Source: Vitreimonas sp. (GTDB lineage: Bacteria; Patescibacteriota; Microgenomatia; UBA1400; PJMF01). From it: 64,000 nt of DNA. How positions within the stretch are numbered: the stretch's first letter is position 1; every line of letters starts with the position of its first letter. The DNA is taken from NCBI GenBank assembly GCA_035627515.1, contig DASPLQ010000012.1, positions 1,276,309-1,340,308 of the forward strand, written 5' to 3'. Shown here piece after piece: positions 1-9,421 of the stretch. The position numbers and the translations under genes were made by a program. The notes under the pieces are model-generated. The model worked only from the letters and a program-made list of their open reading frames with translations. It was not told the origin of the DNA and did not search any database.

Positions 1-54
1 GTTTTATACGTCAACTCGGGGGTCAGTGGCATCAGTAGCTTGATTGCAGACTGA
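1..54 (+). CDS. possible 3' end of an upstream CDS (truncated by window edge)
   Basis: Frame 1 is open from base 1 (VLYVNSGVSGISSLIAD) to TGA at 52-54. Too short to identify. Confidence 0.3.
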   Translation, partial: VLYVNSGVSGISSLIAD

Positions 55-192
55 TAAATTTTATTTAAGATAACGGCAGACATGAGTTTTCAGGTATACT
101 ACGTGCAGTAAGTTGTAAAATAAGTGGCAATCAATAATACACCTCGCATATTCTAATATGCTTTTGTAAGAAATTAATAAGAAAACTGTCAT

Positions 193-1281
193 ATGAAACA
201 AGACCAATCCTTACTGACCTTTTTAGCTTACAAGGCTGCGGGCATTGTCGTGGGCTTTTTTACTTGGGTAGCGTGTCTGTTTATACTCCTGATTCTCCTG
301 GGCTCATTAGCTGGCTCGACTGATTCCAGTGACGTTGTCGAAAATGAATTGGCTTACCACAGTGGAGATCGTGATAGCAGCAACAAAATTTTATCCATCC
401 CTATCAATGGCCTCATCCTTGGTGATAAAGACGAACTGGAAGGTCTAGGAGGGTTGTTTTCAGACCTGGGTGTCTCATATGGGTACGAAATTAAAGAACA
501 ACTTTATGAAGCCGCAGAAAATGATGACATCAAAGGTGTGATTTTAGAAATTAATTCTCCCGGAGGCACCATTTATGGCTCTCAAGCTATCAGTGATGGT
601 GTGAAGTATTATCGTGACCAAACTAAAAAACCAGTGATTAGCTTTATTAATGGTCTAGCAGCCTCAGGCGGCTACTGGGCAGCGGCGGCTGGAGACTCGA
701 TTGTGGCAGATTATGGCACCAGTATTGGCAGCATTGGCGTCATTACTGGTCCGTTTAAATATTACAACGGCGTCACCAGTGAAAATGCCGGCATACTCGG
801 TGGGGGAGTAGTCACACAACAAGGTATTGAAACCTTTTACATCACGGCCGGTGAACATAAAGACTTAGGTAATCCGTATCGAAAAATGAGTGAAACTGAA
901 GTCCGCAATTTGCAGCAGGCCGTCAACAATGAATATGAAGGTTTTGTAACTCACGTGGCTTCTCATCGTAAAATAGAAGCCAATCACATCAAAAACACTA
1001 TTAAAGCTTTGATTTATGACCCTAGTTCTGCGCTGCAACTGAAATTAATTGATCAAGTAGCTAACCGTGAAACAGCGTATGAACACGTCGCTAAAGGCGC
1101 TCATTTACCTGAGGGCCGCTATCAAGTTGTCCGCGAAGAGAGTCCAGCAGATTTTGTCGAAACCATCTTAAAATCTCAATTGTTGAGCTTCAGCGCTTCC
1201 CATCAACGTCAGCAAATCTGTAGCGTAAGCTCACAGATTTTGGCGTATCACGGTAACGTTGTTGATCTCTGCTCACCTTAA
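193..1281 (+). CDS. sppA: S49 family signal peptide peptidase SppA
   Basis: N-terminal TM; motifs LEINSPGG, AASGGYW (catalytic Ser), GSIGVI, AGEHKD. Confidence 0.9.
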   Translation: MKQDQSLLTFLAYKAAGIVVGFFTWVACLFILLILLGSLAGSTDSSDVVENELAYHSGDRDSSNKILSIPINGLILGDKDELEGLGGLFSDLGVSYGYEIKEQLYEAAENDDIKGVILEINSPGGTIYGSQAISDGVKYYRDQTKKPVISFINGLAASGGYWAAAAGDSIVADYGTSIGSIGVITGPFKYYNGVTSENAGILGGGVVTQQGIETFYITAGEHKDLGNPYRKMSETEVRNLQQAVNNEYEGFVTHVASHRKIEANHIKNTIKALIYDPSSALQLKLIDQVANRETAYEHVAKGAHLPEGRYQVVREESPADFVETILKSQLLSFSASHQRQQICSVSSQILAYHGNVVDLCSP

Positions 1282-1315
1282 AAAAGTTAGTTTTACCACG
1301 TAAAACCGGCTTTTT
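1281..1315 (+). terminator. possible intrinsic terminator after sppA
   Basis: GTTTTAC-cac-GTAAAAC stem (1290-1306), extendable with G-U pairs, flanked by A5 and T5. Confidence 0.4.
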
Positions 1316-1375
1316 CTTATGGAATTGTGATGAAATCATGATGCTTCTCCGGTAGGGATTTGGGAAACTAATACT

Positions 1376-1744
1376 ATGGAACAACACCTCAAATTTGCTC
1401 GGTCTCTAGCTAAACTGCTTGATAATAGTTTTGAAATTGGCGGTATTAAAATTGGCCTTGATGCCGTGTTAGGCTTTTTTCCTATCGGAGGTGATGTAAT
1501 CGGTGTGATGCTCTCCGCTTATTTTATTTGGATCGCCCAAAAAATGAAGTTGCCCCAGCATGTCATTGGCAAAATGGTCATGAACAGTATGGTTGATTTT
1601 ATGGTCGGGGCAATTCCTTTAGTAGGTGATGTCGGTGATATTTTTTTCAAGTCCAACTTGCGCAACTTAGAACTGCTCGAAAAATACGCCGCCCTTCAAA
1701 AGCATAAGGCACCCACGGTCGTCGATGCTGAAGTGCTAGAATAG
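1376..1744 (+). CDS. DUF4112 family membrane protein
   Basis: LAKLLDNSF..IGLDAVLGFFPIGGD ... GAIPLVGDVGDIFFKSNLRN pattern. Confidence 0.85.
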   Translation: MEQHLKFARSLAKLLDNSFEIGGIKIGLDAVLGFFPIGGDVIGVMLSAYFIWIAQKMKLPQHVIGKMVMNSMVDFMVGAIPLVGDVGDIFFKSNLRNLELLEKYAALQKHKAPTVVDAEVLE

Positions 1745-1748
1745 CGGC

Positions 1749-2846
1749 ATGAAGTTTCAGTTTTGGCTAATAGGAATAGCCGGTCTTATCGTTGTTCTGG
1801 GCTTACTTAGTGTGAGCTGGCGCTTTTATGACTCTCAACCTATTCCTTTAGACTTTTCAGCTTTGGCACCAGTTGCTTCTCTAACCCCCATTGTCCCTGA
1901 GACCTTTGCTCCCCAGCCACCTTCATTAGCTCAGTTACTTGATAATGACGTTACTTGGACTACTACCTTAAGCGCTGAGCGGGTCACCACCTTACTCACC
2001 ACTGGTGACGTCCTGACCGCCCGCTCAGTCAACGCCCGTACGGTGCGCGACCAAGACTTTACATGGCCCTTTGTCAAAACGGCTGACAAACTTCAGCAAG
2101 CAGATATCACCTACATCAACCTAGAAACACCACTTGTTTCAGCTTGTCCGGTAACCGTCACTGGGATGATTTTCTGTGGTGATTTTCGTAATATTGAGGG
2201 CTTGTTGTTTGCCGGTGTAGATGTGGTCAACTTAGCTAATAATCATGCTGGCAATCATGATGCAGAAGGCGTGGAGGAAACCGTAGCTGAACTAGAAAAA
2301 AATAATCTATTGGTCAGTGGCGTTCACGGGCCAGTTTATCTTACTAAAGAGGGCCGCACCTTTGCTTTCCTTGGGTATAACGAAGTTGACATTCAACCAG
2401 GTATTAACCTAGCCAAAGATGAGTTGATTCAACAAGAAATCAAAGCCGCACGCCAACAAGCTGACATAGTAATCGTTCAATTCCACTGGGGTATAGAGTA
2501 TACCCATCAACCCAGCTCCAATCAAAAACGGTTGGCACGGCTTGCCATTGATGAGGGTGCTGACATTATCATTGGCAATCATCCACACTGGTTCCAACCA
2601 GTAGAGTTTTATAAAGGTAAACTAATTACCTATAGTCACGGGAACTTTGTGTTTGATCAAATGTGGTCAGAAGAAACACGGACGGGAATTGTCGGTAAGT
2701 ACCACTTTTATGATCACCACTTAATCGACGCTGAGTTTTTGCCAGTTTATATTGAAGAGTATGGTCAGCCACGATGGTTAGAAGGCTCCCATAAAGAAGC
2801 CGTCTTAGATAAATTACGACAGGAAAGTCAGCGGCTTAGCGATTAG
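1749..2846 (+). CDS. CapA family (PGA_cap) metallophosphatase-fold protein
   Basis: TGDVL, INLETP, NLANNHAG, QFHWGIEY, IIGNHPHW, YSHGNFVFDQ motifs; N-terminal anchor. Confidence 0.9.
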   Translation: MKFQFWLIGIAGLIVVLGLLSVSWRFYDSQPIPLDFSALAPVASLTPIVPETFAPQPPSLAQLLDNDVTWTTTLSAERVTTLLTTGDVLTARSVNARTVRDQDFTWPFVKTADKLQQADITYINLETPLVSACPVTVTGMIFCGDFRNIEGLLFAGVDVVNLANNHAGNHDAEGVEETVAELEKNNLLVSGVHGPVYLTKEGRTFAFLGYNEVDIQPGINLAKDELIQQEIKAARQQADIVIVQFHWGIEYTHQPSSNQKRLARLAIDEGADIIIGNHPHWFQPVEFYKGKLITYSHGNFVFDQMWSEETRTGIVGKYHFYDHHLIDAEFLPVYIEEYGQPRWLEGSHKEAVLDKLRQESQRLSD

Positions 2847-4662
2847 CAACTTTTAAATCGCGCTTGCGTAAGCGCATGCTCTCGGGCGTAACCTCTAAGA
2901 GCTCATCAGGGGCCAAAAAGGTTAGCATTTGTTCGAGTGACATTTTAACTGGTGGCGTCATCCGGACAGTAGCATCAGCTGAAGCCGCACGCATGTTAGT
3001 TAATTTTTTACCGCGCGTCACATTCATCACTAAATCTTCTTTTTTAGCATTTTGACCTACAATCATACCGGCATACACTTCGGTACCCGGATCAACAAAG
3101 GTCATGCCGCGCTCTTGAGCTTTTTGGAGACCATAGGCTAAAGCTGGGCCCGTTTCGGCTGCAATGATCACTCCTTCGCGTAACCAAGGAATGTCTTCAC
3201 CCTTGGGTTTGTAGCCCAGTGGCAACGAATGGACAATGCCCATGCCTGATGTTTTGGTTTGAAAATCGCTGCGGAAGCCGATTAGGTGACGCGTAGCGAT
3301 TTCATATTCCATACGCGTACCAGTCTTTTGTGGTTTCATCCCTTTAAAGACTGCTTTGCGTTGACCCATCTCGGTGGTCACCACCCCCACATATTGCTCA
3401 GGAACTTCAATCGTAATTAATTCCCAAGGTTCTTGAGTGACACCATCCACGGTTTTGAAAATAACTTCCGGGCGTGACACAGAAAACTCATAGCCTTCAC
3501 GACGCATAGTCTCGATTAAGATGGAGAGATGCAGCTCGCCACGGCCAGATACAATAAACCCATCAGCTGTGGCACCTGGGGCAACGCGCAAACCGACATT
3601 AGTTTCAAGTTCTTTGGTGAGGCGTTCTAAAATTTGACGAGAAGTAGAAAATTGACCCTCGCGACCCACAAAAGGGGAGTTAGAGACCGAAAACTGCATT
3701 TGGACTGTGGGCTCAGAAATTGATAAAGCACCTAAACCCTCTTCCTTACCTAAGGTGGTTAAAGTATCGCCAATATGAGCTTGAAAGCCAGTTAAAGCAA
3801 TAATGTCACCGACACTCGCTTCAGCCACTTCTTCTTTACCTAAACCTTTATAGGTAAACAAGTACTCCACTTTAGATTGACCGACTTTAGCATCATCACG
3901 CACGATCGAGAGTACCTCGCCTTTTTTGACTTTACCACGCCGAATACGACCAATCACGTATTTACCTTTATAGTCATCGGCATCTAAGCTGGTGATTTGC
4001 ATTTGGAAACCACCCTCAATAGCGCCAGCGGGGGCGGGAATCTTATCGATAATGGTCGTAAAAAGCGGCTTCAAAGTCTCACTGTCAGTGATCCGCAACG
4101 CATGATCGGGAGTTGGCTCGGTAGTGAAACCGGCCACACCTTCGCGACCCACGGCATAAATAACCGGGAAATCGAGCTGGGACTCATCGTTGACGACGTC
4201 TAAAAATAAATCATTAATTTCTTCTAATACTTCAGTCACGCGTTGGTCTTTACGATCAACTTTATTAATCACCACAATTGGTTTTAAACCTTGCTCGATA
4301 GCTAGGCGCAACACATAACGTGTTTGAGATAACACACCTTCAGAGGCGTCAACTAAGAGCAAACAACCGTCAGCCATATTCAACACGCGTTCGACCTCAC
4401 CACTAAAATCGGCGTGACCAGGAGTATCCAAAATATTAATTTTGTACTCACCCCAAATCACAGCGGTGTTTTTAGCCAAGATCGTCACGCCACGTTCGCG
4501 CTCTAAATCATTCATGTCCAAAATGGTGGTTTGTTGCATCTCACTTTGATGAGCCGCAAAAACGTTGGCTTGCTTGAGTAGACCATCGACTAAGGTAGTC
4601 TTACCGTGGTCCACGTGAGCAATGATAGCGATATTACGAAGGTTATTTTGAGAAAAAGGCAT
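2836..4662 (-). CDS. typA: translational GTPase TypA/BipA
   Basis: RNIAIIAHVDHGKTTLVD, DTPGHADF, NKVD, GRGELHL, KKLTNMRA. Confidence 0.97.
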   Translation of the reverse strand: MPFSQNNLRNIAIIAHVDHGKTTLVDGLLKQANVFAAHQSEMQQTTILDMNDLERERGVTILAKNTAVIWGEYKINILDTPGHADFSGEVERVLNMADGCLLLVDASEGVLSQTRYVLRLAIEQGLKPIVVINKVDRKDQRVTEVLEEINDLFLDVVNDESQLDFPVIYAVGREGVAGFTTEPTPDHALRITDSETLKPLFTTIIDKIPAPAGAIEGGFQMQITSLDADDYKGKYVIGRIRRGKVKKGEVLSIVRDDAKVGQSKVEYLFTYKGLGKEEVAEASVGDIIALTGFQAHIGDTLTTLGKEEGLGALSISEPTVQMQFSVSNSPFVGREGQFSTSRQILERLTKELETNVGLRVAPGATADGFIVSGRGELHLSILIETMRREGYEFSVSRPEVIFKTVDGVTQEPWELITIEVPEQYVGVVTTEMGQRKAVFKGMKPQKTGTRMEYEIATRHLIGFRSDFQTKTSGMGIVHSLPLGYKPKGEDIPWLREGVIIAAETGPALAYGLQKAQERGMTFVDPGTEVYAGMIVGQNAKKEDLVMNVTRGKKLTNMRAASADATVRMTPPVKMSLEQMLTFLAPDELLEVTPESMRLRKRDLKVANR

Positions 4663-4696
4663 TCGGTTATTGTACCAGATTTCGGCGCACTACGGT

Positions 4697-4752
4697 TGAG
4701 TAAAGAATTAAAGAGTAAAGTAACTGAGTAATTCAGTAATTAAGTAACTAAG
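4697..4752 (+). repeat. tandem 8-bp AGTAAYTN array upstream of the four-helix-bundle gene
   Basis: agtaactg agtaattc agtaatta agtaacta at 4719-4750, with degenerate GAGTAAAG copies from 4698. Confidence 0.85.
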
Positions 4753-4761
4753 AAGGAGAAT

Positions 4762-5142
4762 ATGATCAATCATTTTACTAACTTAAGAATTTGGAAAAGC
4801 TCTCATAGTTTAGCTTTAGAAATTTATTATTTATGCGACAAACTGCCTATAAAAGAAAAGTTCACTTTAGAGAGTCAATTAAAAAGAGCTGTTAACTCAG
4901 TCAGTGCTAATATTGCTGAAAGTTTCGGCCGTAAACATACTAAAGACCGTATTAGGTTCTTGTATACATCGAGAGGATCAGCATACGAAGTGCAAAATCA
5001 CCTCCTACTAATTCACAGTCTCAAATATTGCAATGATGGTGAAGTAAAAGACTTAATTCTCAAATATCAAGGCCTGACCAAAGGAATCAACACTTTGATC
5101 AAGAGTCTTCTTAACCAGAATCTTGAATGTAAAGATATTTAA
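4762..5142 (+). CDS. four helix bundle protein (23S rRNA IVP / Avd-like fold family)
   Basis: FTNLRIWKSSHSLALEIY..LP.KEKFTLESQLKRAVNSVSANIAESFGR...RFLYTSRGSAYEV; AAGGAG SD; visibly AT-rich. Confidence 0.9.
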   Translation: MINHFTNLRIWKSSHSLALEIYYLCDKLPIKEKFTLESQLKRAVNSVSANIAESFGRKHTKDRIRFLYTSRGSAYEVQNHLLLIHSLKYCNDGEVKDLILKYQGLTKGINTLIKSLLNQNLECKDI

Positions 5143-5149
5143 AATTTAT

Positions 5150-5166
5150 AAATTACTTAATTACTC
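5150..5166 (-). repeat. two inverted copies of the AGTAAYTN octamer downstream of the four-helix-bundle gene
   Basis: aaattact taattact c is the reverse complement of the upstream array units. Confidence 0.7.
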
Positions 5167-5171
5167 ATCCT

Positions 5172-5834
5172 ATGAAAATCAGTGATCTACCCACTCATTC
5201 ACGTCCCCGAGAAAAGCTAATCGAAAAAGGCATTACCGGTTTGACCTCGGCTGAAGTCTTCGCGTTAATTCTCCGTACGGGTTACCATGGCAAAAGTGCC
5301 GTCGAAGTCGCTCAACGCATTTTACGGACCTATACGTTGGAACAATTGAGTAAATTAAGCCTCACCGAACTCTCAGAAATTAAGGGGATTGGACCTTCGA
5401 GAGCATCCAACTTAATGGCGGCCTTCGAAATTGGGCGGTTGATTATCAATTATGATCATCAGGTCAGAATCAGTGCTCCTAAAGATATTTATCAGCTCTG
5501 TCAAAACTTACTTGCTAAGAAACAAGAGCATTTGGTGGCTTTTTACTTGGATGCCCGCAGCCAGTTGATTGCTCAAGAGACATTAACTGTCGGTACACTT
5601 ACAAGTGGTATCGTCCACTCCCGTGAAGTGTTTGCACCGGCTTTGCGTCACCGAGCGGCGTGCATTATTTTGGCTCACAATCATCCTTCACAAGACACAG
5701 AGCCGTCTTTAGATGACATTCAAGCCACTGAAAAGCTCATTGATGCCGGTGATTTACTCGACATCCCCATCATTGACCACGTCATCGTCAGTCGCCGCGG
5801 CTGGACCAGCCTCAGAGAGCAAAAGTTGATTTAA
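5172..5834 (+). CDS. radC: RadC/JAB domain protein
   Basis: RPREKL, HhH IKGIGP, VHSREVF, LAHNHPS..PSLDD, IIDHVIV. Confidence 0.93.
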   Translation: MKISDLPTHSRPREKLIEKGITGLTSAEVFALILRTGYHGKSAVEVAQRILRTYTLEQLSKLSLTELSEIKGIGPSRASNLMAAFEIGRLIINYDHQVRISAPKDIYQLCQNLLAKKQEHLVAFYLDARSQLIAQETLTVGTLTSGIVHSREVFAPALRHRAACIILAHNHPSQDTEPSLDDIQATEKLIDAGDLLDIPIIDHVIVSRRGWTSLREQKLI

Positions 5835-5954
5835 AGTAGAGCGAGAAGTACACGCTAAGGAGCTCTTATTTAAGATGACCCAAATTGGCACCAAAACAGC
5901 ACCATTTAGTGCTTAAAATGTGCAGTGGGAAGTTTCACCATCCACAGAGATATC

Positions 5955-6419
5955 TTAGCCTGTGTTACGAATTTTCAATACAACATAGTAGTGGTACTGT
6001 AATTCTTCAGGAACCACTAACTCACCTTCATCAGTTACCCAGTCCGTGGTAATTTCTCCAACGATTTCATTACTAAAGGTTATGGCCAATCTTTTAAGCG
6101 AGGCTTTAAGTAACAACAATCTGCTTTCACTCTCTAGATTAAATTCATCTTTGGGACATAGGGCTTGTTTAAGGATGTCTACTTCCAACCCCAGTGATCT
6201 TGATAAGTCTTGCAATTTTTGTTCCATATGGGCATCAATCAGCGTTTCAGCAGCTTGTTCTTCTCTTGCTTGCTGTTGAGCAACAAACGCTCGTTGTTCA
6301 GCCAATTGGCGTTGTAGTTGAACCGGGGTAAGACGTTGGTTCAAATATGCACTGGCCATTCTAGCTTGAATATCTGCTTCAATACTTGGTTCGCTTTCTG
6401 ATCCTATTAATCTACCCAT
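5955..6419 (-). CDS. hypothetical protein
   Basis: 154-aa ORF with GGAGG upstream; no recognisable motif. Confidence 0.6.
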   Translation of the reverse strand: MGRLIGSESEPSIEADIQARMASAYLNQRLTPVQLQRQLAEQRAFVAQQQAREEQAAETLIDAHMEQKLQDLSRSLGLEVDILKQALCPKDEFNLESESRLLLLKASLKRLAITFSNEIVGEITTDWVTDEGELVVPEELQYHYYVVLKIRNTG

Positions 6420-6581
6420 ATCCTTTTCCTCCTCCCAAATTTTTAATCCTTTTTTAATATGTCTTCAACAATTGACTTACTCGGGTGAAAGTTCTAGTCT
6501 TAATAAGTTGTCTCCAGTTTGTACCCAAATAAAACACAAATATCTACTTTTCTGCGGCGCCCAAATGACTATAATTGAGAC

Positions 6582-7877
6582 ATGCCCGCACCCACCATCA
6601 TTTGCCCCCACTGTCAAAAACCTATCTCAGTCGATGAAGCACTTAGCCATCAAATTAGCGCTAAACTCGAGGAACAATACCAAGCCCAGTTAGCCAAAAA
6701 AGACGAAGAGCTGACCAAAAGTAAGCAAGCTACTGCTGCTCAGCTCGCTAAAGTCCAAGCTGAAGCCGAAGCCAAGCTCATCACTCAACTCGCCGCTGAA
6801 AAACAAGCCGCCGAGCAAGCCTTCAAAAAGCAACTCGAGACTGAACTCAAAAAAACTCAGGAACAAGCCAAGAGTGAGGCTACTGAATCTGTCTCGAAAG
6901 AATTAACGCTCCTCAAACAGCAACTTGATGATCGCAATAAAAAACTTGATGAAGCTCGCCAACTCGAGCTTGATCTGCGCAAACAAAAGAATCAACTTGA
7001 AGACGACAAAAAAGCCTTCGAACTCGAAAAACAACGCCAACTCGATATGGAACGCGCCAAAATTAAAGAAGAAGCCGAGAAAAAAGCGGTTGAGATTCAA
7101 GAATTAAAGATGTTGGAAATGCAAAAACAACTCAATGACGCCCTTAAAGCCAATGAAGATATGCGCCGTAAACTTCAACAAGGTTCGCAACAAACCCAAG
7201 GTGAAGTCTTAGAGCTGGAGTTGGAAAACTTACTGCGCACCGAGTTTCCGATGGATGAAATTCAACCGGTAGCCAAAGGGGTCCGGGGCGCTGACGTTCT
7301 ACAAATTGTCAAAGACCGGCAGGGTAAAGTCTGCGGTAGTATTTTATGGGAGCTCAAAAATGCTCAGTGGTCAGATAAATGGATTGATAAACTTCGCGAA
7401 GACCAACGCAATAGCAAAGCTGATTTAGCCGTGTTAGTGTCCATTAATGTTCCCCCGGCAATGAAAGATAAATCATTCATTTATCAAAAAGGCATCTGGA
7501 TTGCCACGCGGCCGATTTGTACAGCATTGGCCCAAGCTTTACGTCTGCAGCTTAATCAAGTTCACACTACTAAATTATCTGCAGTGGGCAAAAATGAAAA
7601 AATGGAAGTCTTGTACCAATACTTAACCGGCACAGAGTTCAAGCAACGCGTCGAAGCTATTGTTGATGCCTTCAGTAATATGCAACAAGATTTGGAAAAA
7701 GAAAAACGTTGGTTCCAAACTAAGTGGAAACGCCAAGAGATGAATATTCGCCAAGTCCTTGACAGCACCTTTGGCATGTATGGTGATATGCAAGGCATCA
7801 TGGGCGCTTCATTACCTGAAATCAAACAACTCCAACTCGAAAGTGGGGAAGATAACCAACAACTCAGCTTTACTTAA
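6582..7877 (+). CDS. DUF2130 domain-containing protein
   Basis: N-terminal CPHC, long coiled coil, QQGSQQTQGEVLE, GADVLQ, ILWELK, WIDKLREDQR. Confidence 0.9.
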   Translation: MPAPTIICPHCQKPISVDEALSHQISAKLEEQYQAQLAKKDEELTKSKQATAAQLAKVQAEAEAKLITQLAAEKQAAEQAFKKQLETELKKTQEQAKSEATESVSKELTLLKQQLDDRNKKLDEARQLELDLRKQKNQLEDDKKAFELEKQRQLDMERAKIKEEAEKKAVEIQELKMLEMQKQLNDALKANEDMRRKLQQGSQQTQGEVLELELENLLRTEFPMDEIQPVAKGVRGADVLQIVKDRQGKVCGSILWELKNAQWSDKWIDKLREDQRNSKADLAVLVSINVPPAMKDKSFIYQKGIWIATRPICTALAQALRLQLNQVHTTKLSAVGKNEKMEVLYQYLTGTEFKQRVEAIVDAFSNMQQDLEKEKRWFQTKWKRQEMNIRQVLDSTFGMYGDMQGIMGASLPEIKQLQLESGEDNQQLSFT

Positions 7878-7887
7878 AGCGGCTTGT

Positions 7888-8304
7888 TTAGCGCATCATT
7901 CCAATCACTACTGCCATAGCTAATAGCTGAGCCACCTGGTAACCCGTACTTAAGAAAAACAAACTCCATGATTTGTTTTCGTAAATGACTTGGGTGATTT
8001 GAGTAGGAACGATAAACCCTAACCAAGCTAAGAAGGCAAACATAGCTGTGGGTCGTACGCCGCCCATCAAAAAGGTTTGCGAAAACCAGACTAAAATTAA
8101 GGCTTGTAAAAGAGTAGCGGCAAAACTACTGCCCATAATTCCAGCCATGCCGCGGGCTTTGGCTTTAGCCATATCCTTAGCAGTAACTTTCATTAACTTC
8201 ATCCACATGTTCCCAAACAACACAGGTGAGTACCACACCATGCCAACTGTAAAACTGGCGAGAGCTGCTACAAATGCCATCACTAAACTATATGTTTCAA
8301 ACAT
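7888..8304 (-). CDS. DUF1761 family membrane protein
   Basis: GMVWYSPVLFGNMWMK signature; start moved to ATG 8304 (GGAGA SD upstream). Confidence 0.85.
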   Translation of the reverse strand: MFETYSLVMAFVAALASFTVGMVWYSPVLFGNMWMKLMKVTAKDMAKAKARGMAGIMGSSFAATLLQALILVWFSQTFLMGGVRPTAMFAFLAWLGFIVPTQITQVIYENKSWSLFFLSTGYQVAQLLAMAVVIGMMR

Positions 8305-8377
8305 ACATTCTCCCATAGTTATATCTGAGTAATTATTTGGTAAATCAAGATTTACTGCAAGATGCGGAAAATATGTA

Positions 8378-9421
8378 TTAAAGTGAGGTGAGTGCGGCGA
8401 GTTGATTCTGAATACTAAATGGCTCGACATCGGATAAATTATTCACTCCAGCCATCATCATCGCAATCCGGTCAATTCCCATCCCTATCCCAGCATATGA
8501 TGTGCCACGCTCACGCATCAAGCGTAAGGCAGTGAGAAAACTTTGATCATAGGGATGTGTAGCTAACCCTTGTTTTTGCCGAGCTTGAGCCTCATTTTCG
8601 AAACTAGTTTGAATAGCTTCTACATCCAAGTTTTCATTGTTACCGTTGGCAATTTCAATACCATTGATAAAAGCCTCGAAACGCTCAGCCAAATAAGGTT
8701 TGGCAGCATTTACTTTGCAGAGGGGAGAGAGACGACGAGGAAAATCTACCAAAAAGAAAGGCTGAGTAGGTAAGTAAGGCTCTACTTCATTTAAGAAAAG
8801 TTGGTCAAAAAGTTGACTCCAGGTGGCATTCTCTACATGATAACCTCGTTGCTGCATTAGCGTTTGGAGCGACTCATCTTCTAAAATACTTTTCATATCA
8901 AGGTGTGCATGTTGAGAAAACAACTGCTCCATAGATAGGACCGGCCATTTTTTTTCGAAATCAATGATGGTTTCTTCCAGTAATAAAGTCAGCTGAGAAT
9001 CATCTTGTATATACTCAGCCACCCGGAGCTTCACAAATCGCAACAACTCTTCCACATCTGCCATGATGTCTGTATACACAGCATCCTCACGGTACCACTC
9101 CAGCATTAAAAACTCGGGATTGTGTCGCGAACCGGCCCCTTCCATATTCCTAAAACACTTACCAATCGCATAACAATTACCACTACCTTGGGCTAACATT
9201 TTTTTGAGGCCGCTTTCCGGTGAGGTTGATAAATAAAATGTTCGCTCTTCACCGAGTGGCTTCCAAGTGGAAGAAAATGAAAAGATATTGGGTTCTAAAG
9301 GAATTGCTACATTGAAAGTGGGCGTAATCACTTCGTGGAACTGTCGTTGATCAAAAAAAGTGCGGATGGCCTTAATGACTACTTCACGAATAAAAACTGG
9401 TTGTAAATTTGGCTTAGACAT
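8378..9421 (-). CDS. epmA: EF-P lysine aminoacylase EpmA/GenX-like (class II LysRS catalytic domain, no anticodon domain)
   Basis: YLSTSPESGLKKMLA, CFRNME..SRHNPEFLMLEWYR, AERFEAFINGIEIANG, GIGMGIDR. Confidence 0.85.
   Translation of the reverse strand: MSKPNLQPVFIREVVIKAIRTFFDQRQFHEVITPTFNVAIPLEPNIFSFSSTWKPLGEERTFYLSTSPESGLKKMLAQGSGNCYAIGKCFRNMEGAGSRHNPEFLMLEWYREDAVYTDIMADVEELLRFVKLRVAEYIQDDSQLTLLLEETIIDFEKKWPVLSMEQLFSQHAHLDMKSILEDESLQTLMQQRGYHVENATWSQLFDQLFLNEVEPYLPTQPFFLVDFPRRLSPLCKVNAAKPYLAERFEAFINGIEIANGNNENLDVEAIQTSFENEAQARQKQGLATHPYDQSFLTALRLMRERGTSYAGIGMGIDRIAMMMAGVNNLSDVEPFSIQNQLAALTSL

Noticed and set aside
4697-4752. Octamer arrays as a CRISPR array or DGR
   Set aside because: Units are 8 bp with no spacers; there are no cas genes, reverse transcriptase or TR/VR pair in the window.
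5878-5925. Weak 11-bp periodicity (GCACCA twice, GTGC twice) between radC and the convergent ORF
   Set aside because: Too degenerate to distinguish from chance; no stable stem.
8324-8335. Single GAGTAATTA copy upstream of the DUF1761 gene
   Set aside because: One unit only; expected by chance in AT-rich intergenic DNA.
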